Source: Myxococcota bacterium (GTDB lineage Bacteria; Myxococcota_A; UBA9160; UBA4427). Taken from it: a stretch of 38,491 nt of DNA. The position numbers were made by a program, and so were the translations under genes. How positions within the stretch are numbered: the stretch's first letter is position 1; each line of letters opens with the position of its first letter. The stretch spans positions 1 through 38,491 of the forward strand of contig JANQSB010000132.1 of assembly GCA_028284295.1 (NCBI GenBank), read 5' to 3'. Under the pieces are notes generated by a model. The model searched no databases and was not told where the DNA came from. It saw only the letters and a program-made list of their open reading frames with translations. Of the stretch, positions 1 through 7,851 are shown one piece after another.

Positions 1-24
1 ACGGACAGGCTCGGGGCCTCAGGC
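1..24 (+). repeat. 3' end of an attC site cut by the window edge
   Basis: CCTCAGGCAGC at 17-27 matches the R' ends of downstream sites (compare CCGTCAGGCAGC at 7825-7836). Confidence 0.3.
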
Positions 25-103
25 AGCAACGATCTCCCCGGGCGACACTTCAACCATCGCATCCCGCAGTGGGAGTGGGGAGCGATATACAAGGCAGCAT
101 GAA

Positions 104-487
104 ATGCGGCACTTTGCGATCCTGAGCGCAACGCTCCTGATTGGCTGTGCCGCTACCACGCGAGGCGCAGGCCCGGCCAGGCCGAACGATCCGAGTTCTT
201 GTTTCGTCACCCACCCAGTCACGGGCATCATCCCGGTTCCGGTCAAGCGAGTCGATCCGCTGTATCCTGTTGAAGCAAGGCAGAACGGGGTCACGGGGGA
301 AGTCACGATCGAAGCCTCGATCGGACCGGACGGCGAAGTGATGGGCGCTCGAGTTGTCGAATCGCACCCTCCCGGGGTTTTCGAGGCCACGTCCCTGTTC
401 GCCTATCGCCAGTGGCGCTATTGCGCGCCCAGCCCCGGAGTTCGATACCCGGAGACGTTCAAGACCAGGCTCCGGTTCGCCCTTTGA
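104..487 (+). CDS. TonB C-terminal-domain lipoprotein
   Basis: 127 aa. Has a signal peptide with an LLIGC lipobox. VKRVDPLYPVEARQNGVTGEVTIEASIGPDGEV...YRQWRY fits the TonB_C fold signature. Confidence 0.8.
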   Translation: MRHFAILSATLLIGCAATTRGAGPARPNDPSSCFVTHPVTGIIPVPVKRVDPLYPVEARQNGVTGEVTIEASIGPDGEVMGARVVESHPPGVFEATSLFAYRQWRYCAPSPGVRYPETFKTRLRFAL

Positions 488-497
488 CGCGCATGCC

Positions 498-657
498 GCC
501 TAACAAGGCGCTGCAGCAGCCGAGCGCCCGATCACCGAGCCTGCTCGAACCAGCGCCGCCTGCATGGCCTCACGCCCATCAGCCGGCTTCAGGTACCTTG
601 GGCGTCGTTGCTAGCCTCACCTTCAAACCAGGCGCTCGCAGCTGAGCGCCGTAGCCG
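498..657 (+). repeat. attC site (long class, ~160 bp, degenerate R')
   Basis: R'' GCCTAAC lies at 498-504, 10 nt after the TonB-like stop. The left arm GGCGCTGCAGCAGCCGAGCGCC is complementary to GGCGCTCGCAGCTGAGCGCC at 631-650. Core CGCCCATCAGCCGGCT...TACCTT is shared with the site at 5335. R' is eroded to GTAGCCG (651-657). Confidence 0.6.
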
Positions 658-660
658 GTG

Positions 661-969
661 TCACGCTCGCTTCTTGGCACCCTTCTTCTTCGCGGCGGCC
701 TTGGCCTTCTTGGGCTCCTTCGCGCCAGGCACCACCTCCAGGATCACACGGCGCAGCGTGTCTTCGAGCGGCTCTTCCTGGTTCTCCACGTAGGCCCGCA
801 GCACCTGGTTCATCATGGTCTGGTAGCTCCCGCCACCCTGTTCGTGGGCCTGCTTCTTGAACCACTCGAGCACGTCGTCATCGATCCGGATCGTGATCCG
901 CGTCTTTCCCGTCGCGGGCCCGATCACCGGACCCCGGCGCGCCTTGCTGAAGTCGAGGCTCTTCGTCAT
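661..969 (-). CDS. brnA: BrnA-type antitoxin (ribbon-helix-helix)
   Basis: 102 aa. KTRITIRIDDDVLEWFKKQAHEQGGGSYQTMMNQVLRAYV is the BrnA family signature. Its start overlaps the upstream toxin gene stop by 4 nt. Confidence 0.8.
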   Translation of the reverse strand: MTKSLDFSKARRGPVIGPATGKTRITIRIDDDVLEWFKKQAHEQGGGSYQTMMNQVLRAYVENQEEPLEDTLRRVILEVVPGAKEPKKAKAAAKKKGAKKRA

Positions 970-1232
970 CGCTTGCCTTCGTAGGCCCTTCGCTCAGGCC
1001 TCGTTGCTGGGCGCGCCGAAATCAGGCGGTGCTCCTCGTCGCGCCAGGTGTGCGTCACTACGAGGAGCCTCCCGAGGGCATCCGTTCCGAGCGTCACGAA
1101 GCGGTCCTCATCAGCATCCTCGTCTGGCATGGTCAGCGCGAGCTCGTCCTCCAGTGCCGTTGCCGCGTCCGCGAAGTCGATCCCGTGCTTCTCGAGGTTC
1201 CCGGCCGCCTTGTCTGGGTCCCACTGCACCAT
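966..1232 (-). CDS. brnT: BrnT-type toxin (DUF497 ribonuclease family)
   Basis: Starts at the internal ATG (MVQWDPDKAAGNLEKHGIDFADA...RLISARPATRPERRAYE), which is the DUF497 pattern. The longer TTG start at 1277 has no family support. Confidence 0.8.
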   Translation of the reverse strand: MVQWDPDKAAGNLEKHGIDFADAATALEDELALTMPDEDADEDRFVTLGTDALGRLLVVTHTWRDEEHRLISARPATRPERRAYEGKR

Positions 1233-1292
1233 GCACCCGGAGTGTATGCACACCTGTACACAGCTTGCCACGGGCAACGATTACGCGTTGCA

Positions 1293-1456
1293 GCCCAACA
1301 TCGGCGCTGCTGCAGCCGGTCGCCTGTCGGGGCGGGTCGGGGCTACGCCGCCCATCTGGGCTATCGCCCAGAGGGCGGCTCGGGGTAGGCTGTGACAGTG
1401 ATGGCGTGTTCAACGATTCGGCTGGCGCCTGCAGCAGAGCGCCGGGTCCGTTGGGC
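1293..1456 (+). repeat. attC site (long class, 164 bp)
   Basis: R'' GCCCAAC at 1293-1299 and R' GTTGGGC at 1450-1456. Arms ATCGGCGCTGCTGCAG and CTGCAGCAGAGCGCCG are complementary. Central GGGGTAGGCT box at 1382-1391. Confidence 0.8.
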
Positions 1457-1524
1457 GGACACAGCGAATTCGCGTGGCGCAGTGATACACGATGAGCTGA
1501 GTCCCGAAACAGACAGGAACTAGT

Positions 1525-2022
1525 GTGGAGCTCTCAGATCTCGGGGCGATCGGGGAGTTTGTGTCCTCGATCGCAGTCCTCGTCACACTGGTGTTTCTGA
1601 CCATCGAGACCAGAAACAACTCGAAACTTCTTGCGCGATCCAATGCAAGGCAGACGTCGAGTGACCACCGCCGAGCACTTGGCGAGATCCTCGACAAGGA
1701 AGTCTCCGAGCTCTTCCTTCGCGGCAATAGCCGCGGACTCGAATCGCTCACTCCAGAAGAGCGCTATCGATTCGATCTCGCCTACTGCATATGGCTTCAG
1801 TCAATAGAGCAAGCGTATGCGGATTATCGCGATGGTCTCTATCCGGCAGATCATCTCGCAGCCTACGAGAACACGATCCCGGCGTTTCTGAGAACTCCGG
1901 GCGGGTCGCAGTGGTGGGAAGAGCGCCGGATGTGGTTTGGTCACGCCTTCCGCGCCGAAGTCGAGCGACTACTGGAGGCTCCGCCAGAAGATGCTGTCGA
2001 ATCGGGGCCGAAGTCCGCATAA
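1525..2022 (+). CDS. Cassette family A protein (single N-terminal TM, unknown function), copy 1
   Basis: GTG start. Carries ELSDLGAIGEFVSSIAVLVTLVFL..., then a soluble part of ~120 aa ending TPGGSQWWEE...F. It is a paralogue of 9388, 16353 and 20480 and of the fragments at 19278 and 32833. Confidence 0.7.
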   Translation: MELSDLGAIGEFVSSIAVLVTLVFLTIETRNNSKLLARSNARQTSSDHRRALGEILDKEVSELFLRGNSRGLESLTPEERYRFDLAYCIWLQSIEQAYADYRDGLYPADHLAAYENTIPAFLRTPGGSQWWEERRMWFGHAFRAEVERLLEAPPEDAVESGPKSA

Positions 2023-2049
2023 CAAAATGCTGAAGACGCGCGAGGCGCC

Positions 2050-2181
2050 GCCCAACAAGTTGTTGGAGACGGACGTGGCCAAATCTGGGCGTAGGCGGGG
2101 TGCTAGCCTTCTGGCGTCAACCGTTGTTGACGTAGTGAGCCCGGCGGCGCGCCGCGCCGCTCGACAACCGATCCGTTGGGC
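2050..2181 (+). repeat. attC site (132-bp class)
   Basis: R'' GCCCAAC at 2050-2056 and R' GTTGGGC at 2175-2181; GCCGCCCAAC and GTTGGGCGGC are perfectly complementary. The L arms pair with two unpaired A bases in the left arm. GTGCTAGCCT box at 2100-2109, 54 nt from R''. Confidence 0.85.
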
Positions 2182-2225
2182 GGCGGCGCGCGTCCTCGGC
2201 CAGGCTGCGCTCGTCTCTGCTCCGA

Positions 2226-2897
2226 TCATGCCGCGCTCGAGAGGCGGCGCTCCGAGAGTTCTTCGACCAGGCGTACGACATCCGCTTGCGCGGCTGCTAC
2301 GGATCGGCGATGTCGCTCGTCGCCGAACTCCTGGTACTCGATGGCGACGCGGTAGGTCTCACCGACACCGAGATACCTGCTCAACGTGCGCAGGTGCGGG
2401 GTCAAATGGTCCATGCCGGCGCGCAGCCCTCCGGGTGCGAAGCCGAACTCGCCGCTCGACGTGAGTATCACGAGCGATTTGCCTTCCAGGATCGGCTCGA
2501 GCGGCCAGTCGCCACGGCCCAGGTCGAAGGTGAAGGTCTCGTCCACGCGGACGACCTGGTCGACCCACGCCTTCAGCGCGGCTGGCATTCCGTAGTTGTA
2601 CATGGGCGCGGCGATCAGCAGAAGGTCGGCCTGGCGCAGCTCGGCGATCAGCGTGTCGGAGAGCGCGAGGAGGCGCCGCTGCTCCGAACTGCGTTCGGTC
2701 TTCGGGGTGAAGGCCGCGCCGATCCAGGCCTCGGAAACCGCGGGCGGGGGCGCCGAGCCGACATCGCGATGCAGCCATGCATCGTGACGCCAACGAGCCC
2801 GCCACTCGCCGACGAAGCGATCGGCGAGCGCACGCGAGAGCGAGCGCTCCCGGCGAGCACTGGCATCGACCCGAAGAATGGTGAAGTCAGACGACAT
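2226..2897 (-). CDS. azoR: FMN-dependent NADH-azoreductase / flavodoxin-like quinone reductase
   Basis: Starts at MSSDFTILRVDAS with GGGAGG 7 nt upstream. LALSDTLIAELRQADLLLIAAPMYNYGMPAALKAWVDQVVR matches the AzoR family core. Confidence 0.8.
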   Translation of the reverse strand: MSSDFTILRVDASARRERSLSRALADRFVGEWRARWRHDAWLHRDVGSAPPPAVSEAWIGAAFTPKTERSSEQRRLLALSDTLIAELRQADLLLIAAPMYNYGMPAALKAWVDQVVRVDETFTFDLGRGDWPLEPILEGKSLVILTSSGEFGFAPGGLRAGMDHLTPHLRTLSRYLGVGETYRVAIEYQEFGDERHRRSVAAAQADVVRLVEELSERRLSSAA

Positions 2898-2982
2898 CTC
2901 GAGACCTCCCTGTGCCGCAGCCAAAATCAGCTTCTGGGCACAGAATCGGGCTTCCAAGGCCATTCAGGCAAACGAGAAAGCT

Positions 2983-2996
2983 TCATCGACAGATGA
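2983..2996. promoter_or_regulatory. Palindromic candidate LysR operator in the azoR-lysR divergent intergenic region
   Basis: TCATC-GACA-GATGA is a perfect 5-bp inverted repeat, nested in TTCA-N13-TGAA. It lies between divergent starts at 2897 and 3021. Confidence 0.4.
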
Positions 2997-3020
2997 GGTG
3001 AATTCATCTATAAGGCGAGC

Positions 3021-3941
3021 ATGTTCGCCCGCATACCCTCCCCCTCAGCCCTGCGAACCTTCGAGGCCGCCGCCCGGCTCGGTAGTTTCAAGGCCGCCGC
3101 CAAAGAACTCTCCGTGACGCCCACAGCGGTCTCCCACCAGATCCGCACCCTCGAGGAGCACCTGGAAATCCCGCTCTTCGTCCGTCGGACACGTGCCGTA
3201 GCGCTGACCGAGAGCGGCCAGCGGCTCTCCGAGGCAGTGCACCAGGCCTTCCAGCGGATCATGGTGGCGCTCGAAGAGGTCTCGGCAACGGAGACGGTCC
3301 TGAGCGTGAGCACGACGCCTGCGTTTGCTGCCCTCTGGCTCGTGCCCAGGCTGAGCCGTTTCGAAGAGCGTTATCCACAGCTCCGTGTCCAACTGGTCGC
3401 GAGTACGGCCCCAACGGATCTCCAACGGGATCGCGTCGTGGACGTCTCGGTTCGCTACGGCACCGGACCCTATCCGAGCCTTCGTGCTCATGCGCTCGCC
3501 GACGAAACCTTCGGCGCCTATGCCACGCCCGACTACATCCAGCGGCTCGAGCGGTGGGAGGACGCCGAACTGGTCGAGACCGCGTGGCAGCAGCCAGGCT
3601 TCGAGGATGTCTCGTGGGATGCGTGGCTTGCTGCGGCGGGGCTTCCCCGACCTACGAAGCTGAGATCACGACACTTCGATCAAGAGCACTATGTCGTTCA
3701 GGCCGGCTTGGCTTCCCAGGGGCTCGTGCTAGCGAGCTCTCTCCTGGTGGGTGACCTCGTAGCACGCGGATGGCTGGAACCCTATCGCCCCGAGACTCGA
3801 ATAGCGGGTCGCCGATACACGGCGCTTTCTCTGCCCAGCCGCGCCTCGTCGCGGAAGGTCTCGCAATTCCTCGAATGGCTGGAGGAGGAAGCGGCAGGCG
3901 ATGCACCAGTCGGCCGCCGCCCAACAAGGCGCCGCAGCTGA
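3021..3941 (+). CDS. LysR-family transcriptional regulator
   Basis: 306 aa. The N-terminal HTH LRTFEAAARLGSFKAAAKELSVTPTAVSHQIRTLEEHL is followed by a substrate-binding domain. It is divergent from azoR. The last codons and the stop lie inside the following attC. Confidence 0.85.
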   Translation: MFARIPSPSALRTFEAAARLGSFKAAAKELSVTPTAVSHQIRTLEEHLEIPLFVRRTRAVALTESGQRLSEAVHQAFQRIMVALEEVSATETVLSVSTTPAFAALWLVPRLSRFEERYPQLRVQLVASTAPTDLQRDRVVDVSVRYGTGPYPSLRAHALADETFGAYATPDYIQRLERWEDAELVETAWQQPGFEDVSWDAWLAAAGLPRPTKLRSRHFDQEHYVVQAGLASQGLVLASSLLVGDLVARGWLEPYRPETRIAGRRYTALSLPSRASSRKVSQFLEWLEEEAAGDAPVGRRPTRRRS

Positions 3942-4048
3942 CGTGACACAGCGCGTTCCAATCGGAGTCTGGTAGCATTCCGGCATCAACGTGCCTCGGC
4001 GACGGTCGGCGGCCTGTGCCACGCAACTGAGCGCCCAGTCCGTTAGGC
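3919..4048 (+). repeat. attC site (132-bp class)
   Basis: R'' GCCCAAC at 3919-3925 and R' GTTAGGC at 4042-4048. CTGGTAGCAT box at 3969-3978, 54 nt from R''. Confidence 0.85.
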
Positions 4049-4073
4049 TGAACTCACTTGTTCGCAGACACCC

Positions 4074-4154
4074 GCGCAACAAGGAGATCGGTGCGCAGAG
4101 AACCGGGGCCGTGAGTCGGCGCTTCTCCGCCTACCTTCGGGATCTCGAGCGCGG
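4074..4154 (+). repeat. attC remnant / empty cassette
   Basis: R''-like GCGCAAC at 4074-4080 followed by AAGG. The long-class core GCCTACCTTCGGG sits at 4129-4141. There is no right arm and it runs straight into the next attC. Confidence 0.35.
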
Positions 4155-4286
4155 GCCTAACAAGGCCCTCGAGACGGACGCGTCCACGCCTCAGCGCTAG
4201 CAGCGTGCTAGCCTTCTGGCCTCAACCGTTGTTGGAGTTGCGGGCTCGCCGCCGGGCCGCGCCGCTCGACAACGGATCCGTCAGGT
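4155..4286 (+). repeat. attC site (132-bp class)
   Basis: R'' GCCTAAC at 4155-4161 and R' GTCAGGT at 4280-4286. The left L arm CTCGAG-A-CGG-A-CGCG (4168-4182) pairs with CGCCGCTCGA on the right, with two unpaired A bases. GTGCTAGCCT box at 4205-4214. The core is near-identical to the site at 2050. Confidence 0.8.
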
Positions 4287-4308
4287 GGCGGTGCTTTCCT
4301 TGTCGTCG

Positions 4309-4821
4309 GTGCTCCCCGAACAAGAGCTGCTCTCGACCATCGCAGAGATGGGTATCGGGATCGTTGGCTTCGCGGTCGTCGCCGACATCCTTCGCTCCCG
4401 TTCTACCAGCGACGTGGTGCGGCTGTACAATCTTCGAGACGTCGCCGAGATCGGCCTGATGATCGCGGTCCTGAGTGTCTTCCCTTCCATGCTTCACGGC
4501 CTCGGGCTCTCGGCCGAGGCCAGCTGGCGCACGACGGGCGGCGGCGTTCTGGTCTGGACTGGGATCGGCGTCGCCAGCTCGTTCCGCAGGCGGGGGCCGG
4601 CATCTCTGGTCGGCGCTGCCAGAAGCAATCGGCTCGTCTCGGTCATCGTCTACATGCTGATCGGGCTCAACCTGGCACTTGCGTTCTCGAACCTGGTTGG
4701 CGCGGGTCCATCTTCTGGAGCTCGACACGTGGCGTGGGCGCTGTCGGCGCTCGGTCAAGCCGGAACCATGTTCATATCGTCGGTGTTCAGTCGTTCAGCC
4801 GAGGTGCCCGCTACCCAATAG
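4309..4821 (+). CDS. Cassette family B protein (multi-pass membrane, unknown function), copy 1
   Basis: The GTG at 4309 gives VLPEQELLSTIAEMGIGIVGFAVV, the same N-terminal length as the paralogues. An alternative GTG at 4285 lies inside attC R'. About 5 predicted TM segments. Confidence 0.65.
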   Translation: MLPEQELLSTIAEMGIGIVGFAVVADILRSRSTSDVVRLYNLRDVAEIGLMIAVLSVFPSMLHGLGLSAEASWRTTGGGVLVWTGIGVASSFRRRGPASLVGAARSNRLVSVIVYMLIGLNLALAFSNLVGAGPSSGARHVAWALSALGQAGTMFISSVFSRSAEVPATQ

Positions 4822-4929
4822 ACCGTTGCAGTGGCCTGCTGCTCAGGTGGCCTACCGAGGCGTGGTAGAATCGCGACGTCCATGTTGTTTCGTCTACGTG
4901 CAGGCCGCCGCAAGTCCGGTCTGTGAGGC
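4813..4929 (+). repeat. attC site (degenerate boxes)
   Basis: CCCAATAGACCGTTGCAGTGGCCTGC (4814-4839) is complementary to GCAGGCCGCCGCAAGTCCGGTCTGTGAGG (4900-4928). The boxes are ACCCAAT and GTGAGGC. GTGGTAGAAT box at 4862-4871. Confidence 0.55.
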
Positions 4930-4953
4930 GGCACGAAGAAATCGGAGGGTGCG

Positions 4954-5328
4954 ATGGACCTCGGCGAACATCTCCTCTGCCTCGACGTAGAGAACCTCGA
5001 AGCCTCGCTCGATTTCTACACGAAGCTCGGCTTCCGTCTCACCGAGGATCATCGACCCAAGCGATGGGCCGTGGTCGCCCATAGCAATCTCGTCGTGTGC
5101 CTGTTCGAAGGAATCGAAGAGAACCTCATGAACTTTCGAGGTGGCGACATCAGCGCGATCCAAGAGGAGGCGGTCGCGAACGGCCTCGACTTCACGAAGC
5201 CCGCTAAGCAGCACCCAGATGGCTCCTGGAACGCCACGATCCATGATCCCGATGGGAATGCGATCTTCTTCAACACCTTCCCCGATGAGCGAGAGCGCTA
5301 CGCCAGGACTGGCAGCATCGCCGACTAG
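4954..5328 (+). CDS. VOC (glyoxalase/bleomycin-resistance/dioxygenase fold) protein
   Basis: 124 aa. LCLDVENLEASLDFYTKLGFRL...IHDPDGNAIFF is the typical VOC motif pair. GGAGGG lies upstream of the ATG. Confidence 0.8.
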   Translation: MDLGEHLLCLDVENLEASLDFYTKLGFRLTEDHRPKRWAVVAHSNLVVCLFEGIEENLMNFRGGDISAIQEEAVANGLDFTKPAKQHPDGSWNATIHDPDGNAIFFNTFPDERERYARTGSIAD

Positions 5329-5334
5329 CGCGAT

Positions 5335-5496
5335 GCCTGACATCGGTGATGCAGCGTTCCAGCGCCGTCCGGTGGGCACTGGGGCAGTGCTGCCTGCCTG
5401 GGCTACGCCCATCAGCCGGCTCGGCTACCTTCGGCGCCTGGTGGCCCATTCACCTTCGACTCGGGCGCTCGCAGCTGGGTGCCGTATCCGTTGGGC
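5335..5496 (+). repeat. attC site (long class, 162 bp)
   Basis: R'' GCCTGAC at 5335-5341 and R' GTTGGGC at 5490-5496. The core ACGCCCATCAGCCGGCTCGGCTACCTT...GGGCGCTCGCAGCTG is shared with the site at 498. Confidence 0.75.
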
Positions 5497-5511
5497 TTCA
5501 GGCACAGCGGA

Positions 5512-6042
5512 GTGAGCCTTCCCCAGACGCTCGAGACCAGTCGGCTCAGGCTGCGCCCGTTCGCGGAATCGGATGGCCCAGCAGTCCTCGACTACTCGCA
5601 GGACGCCGATTGGGCGGAGTACCAGCAGACGACGCCAGCGTCCGAGAGGGAGGCAGAGCGTGTCGTCGCCGAGCTTCGACTTCGCGACTGGGAGAGTCAA
5701 CCTGCCTGGGCAATCACTCGCTCGGGCCAGGTGATCGGTCTCGTCAGCCTCGTCTTCCGTGCCGAGTACCGGATCGCTTCTCTCGGATACGGGATTCATC
5801 GGGATCACCGGGGTCTGGGGCTCACCGGAGAGGCGATTCGAGCGATCCTTGCCGAGGCCTTCGCCGCCCATCCGGAGCTTGCGAGGGTCACGGCGAACAC
5901 CGATGCGAGAAATCACAGCTCGAGTCGCTTGCTCGAGAAGCTCGGCTTCACCCTGGAAGGGACTCTTCGGTCGGGTGCGCTGACCGCCAAGGGCGAGCTT
6001 GTGGACGGCGCCATCTATGGGCTCCTCCGGTCTGAATGGTAG
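5512..6042 (+). CDS. GNAT N-acetyltransferase (RimJ/RimL-like)
   Basis: The GTG at 5512 is the first start after attC R'. LETSRLRLRPFAESD...GYGIHRDHRGLGLTGEAIRAIL...ARNHSSSRLLEKLGF is the Acetyltransf_3-type pattern. Confidence 0.8.
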   Translation: MSLPQTLETSRLRLRPFAESDGPAVLDYSQDADWAEYQQTTPASEREAERVVAELRLRDWESQPAWAITRSGQVIGLVSLVFRAEYRIASLGYGIHRDHRGLGLTGEAIRAILAEAFAAHPELARVTANTDARNHSSSRLLEKLGFTLEGTLRSGALTAKGELVDGAIYGLLRSEW

Positions 6043-6228
6043 GCCGCCCCGGCAGAGGACAGAGACTGCGATCGCGGAGCTACGCCGCGATGTGGGCCTG
6101 TCCCGAAGCGAGTTCATCGAAGCGGTCGAGCCGAATCGAGAGGCCTTCGTATCCAGCTGTTCCGGAGTCGCGGATGGCGCTCCTGACGGAGTGGCTCCCC
6201 ATCGACGGTCCGAGCTAGGCCACCCCCC

Positions 6229-6391
6229 GCCCGACGATCGAGCAGCCTTGCTCACGGTCGATGCCGGGTGGGGCGTGGCAGCCTCTGCCTCCTGGCCCGG
6301 TCCGACCGGCGCCTGTGGCATCATCGGGTCCCGAGCCGAGCGCTCATCGCGCTTCCAGGGTGGGAGTAGCCGAGCGCCCGATCCACCAGGC
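6229..6391 (+). repeat. attC-like site (degenerate)
   Basis: Starts with GCCCGAC (6229-6235), carries a central GTGGCATCAT box (6315-6324), and ends GATCCACCAGGCGGCG (compare GATCCGTCAGGCAGCG at 7823). Confidence 0.45.
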
Positions 6392-6401
6392 GGCGTGGCG
6401 C

Positions 6402-6773
6402 GTGGAGATCCGCACCAAGCGAATCTACGAAGAGCCCAGCTCGTCCGACGGTGTTCGGGTTCTGATCGACAGGCTCTGGCCTCGCGGAGTCTCCAAGGAC
6501 GCCGCCGCCATCGACTTCTGGGCCAAAGCCGTGGCCCCCTCGAACGAGTTGAGAGTCTGGTACGGGCACGATCCCACCAAGTGGCCCGAGTTTCGCCGGC
6601 GCTACTTCGCGGAGCTCGACGCGAACCCCGAGGGCGTGGCCGAGGTCGAGTCCCGGATCGACGGCGTCACTGCGACTCTGGTCTTCAGCTCGAAGGAGGA
6701 GCGAATGAACAACGCCTCCGCGTTTCGCGACTATCTCGAGCGGCGCAGATCGATCCGCCGGGCGGCGCGATGA
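6402..6773 (+). CDS. DUF488-family protein
   Basis: GTG start just after the attC. VRVLIDRLWPRGVSKDAAAIDFWAKAVAPSNELRVWYGHDPTKWPEFRRRY is the DUF488 signature. Confidence 0.75.
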   Translation: MEIRTKRIYEEPSSSDGVRVLIDRLWPRGVSKDAAAIDFWAKAVAPSNELRVWYGHDPTKWPEFRRRYFAELDANPEGVAEVESRIDGVTATLVFSSKEERMNNASAFRDYLERRRSIRRAAR

Positions 6774-7240
6774 GTGGCTTCGAGATCCGCGAGGCCCTTC
6801 CCTCGGATCGCGACGCCATCCTCTCCTTCGACCACGTGTTTCAGGCCGATCCGGGCCGGGCGTCGTTCATCGACAGAGCGCTCCGCACGGCGACTTGTCT
6901 CGTTGCGGACCGCAACGGTCGGGCAGTCGCCTATGGGGTCCTCGAATACACCTTCTTCGGAAACGGGTTCGTCTCCATGGTGTACGTCGCCGAGGCGCAC
7001 AGGCGGAGGGGCATGGGTCGCGCTCTACTGGTGGCCCTCGCGGATCGATGCACCACAGAGAAGCTGTTCACATCCACGAATCGCTCGAACGAGTCGATGC
7101 AGTCGCTCCTCGGGACCCTCGGATACGTCCCGAGCGGCTCGATCGAGAACCTGGACCCAGGCGATCCCGAGCTCGTCTACTTCCTCGATCTGCGCGGCTG
7201 TGCATCGATCGGGGTGGCAGAGCCTACGCTCCCGACCTGA
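6770..7240 (+). CDS. GNAT N-acetyltransferase
   Basis: Its ATG overlaps the DUF488 stop (ATGA). VYVAEAHRRRGMGRALLVAL is the acetyl-CoA binding motif. Confidence 0.75.
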   Translation: MSGFEIREALPSDRDAILSFDHVFQADPGRASFIDRALRTATCLVADRNGRAVAYGVLEYTFFGNGFVSMVYVAEAHRRRGMGRALLVALADRCTTEKLFTSTNRSNESMQSLLGTLGYVPSGSIENLDPGDPELVYFLDLRGCASIGVAEPTLPT

Positions 7241-7649
7241 CGCCGTACAGAGTCACGGGCTCGATACGATAGGTTCGCGCCGTGCCGTCCTGGAAGCTCG
7301 AACTGCGGTCGGCAACGAACCACTCGGGTGGGTCCGGAAACGCCCGTTGCAGCTGGGCGAGGACACGCTCTTCCGGCTCACGGATGCTGAAGCGGCCTTC
7401 GCCATGCACGCTTTCCCACTCGTAGACACCATCCGAGAGGCTCGTGTCTACCTGGAAGCCGACGCGCGAATCCTGCGCGGCCAGCTCGCTCTTTCGCCCG
7501 GGTGAAGTGATTCCCACGAGGCACCCGTCGAGGTAGGTGCACCCCAGCGTGATCACGTACGGGACTTCCGAGACGAACGCCACCCTCACGAGCTCTGCAC
7601 GTTTCAGCACCGCCTCGATCTCGTCCCGACCGAGCTGCGTCTCGGGCAT
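7224..7649 (-). CDS. Pyridoxamine 5'-phosphate oxidase-family (FMN-binding split-barrel) protein
   Basis: Starts at MPETQLGRDEIEAVLKRAELVRVAF with GGAGGA upstream. It is convergent with the GNAT gene and overlaps it by 17 nt. Confidence 0.7.
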   Translation of the reverse strand: MPETQLGRDEIEAVLKRAELVRVAFVSEVPYVITLGCTYLDGCLVGITSPGRKSELAAQDSRVGFQVDTSLSDGVYEWESVHGEGRFSIREPEERVLAQLQRAFPDPPEWFVADRSSSFQDGTARTYRIEPVTLYGVRSGA

Positions 7650-7701
7650 CGCGTCCTCCTGCCAAGGGCATCCGAGCGACGATGGTCGCGAATGCAACGT
7701 T

Positions 7702-7833
7702 GCCTAACAAGTCGTTTCGGTAGAGGTGCTCCAGCTGCGCCGAGCCCGACCGTGGTACAATCGAGTCCGTACCAGGCGTTCCCGCGGCGCTGCGGCAGAT
7801 CGCCGCGCTCCGCCGAACCGCGATCCGTCAGGC
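7702..7833 (+). repeat. attC site (132-bp class)
   Basis: R'' GCCTAAC at 7702-7708 and R' GTCAGGC at 7827-7833. Arms TTTCGG... and ...CCGAACCG are complementary. GTGGTACAAT box at 7752-7761, 54 nt from R''. Confidence 0.8.
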
Positions 7834-7851
7834 AGCGCGAGGTCGAGGGAC

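Noticed and set aside
6043-6228. A possible XRE-type HTH or antitoxin remnant (AIAELRRDVGLSRSEFIEAVEPNREAFVS) lies after the GNAT gene.
   Set aside because: There is no start codon in frame. The third helix is not recognisable, and the frame continues into attC sequence. It may be a decayed gene, but the evidence is too weak to annotate.
5999-7240. A 413-aa + strand ORF spanning the GNAT end, an attC and two genes. Similar long ORFs occur at 8956-9873, 20695-21858, 27723-28796, 24609-25532 and 30833-31936.
   Set aside because: Only the C-terminal parts have family-like sequence. The upstream parts read through attC sites or other genes in alternative frames. I trimmed these to internal starts that follow the attC R' end or an RBS.
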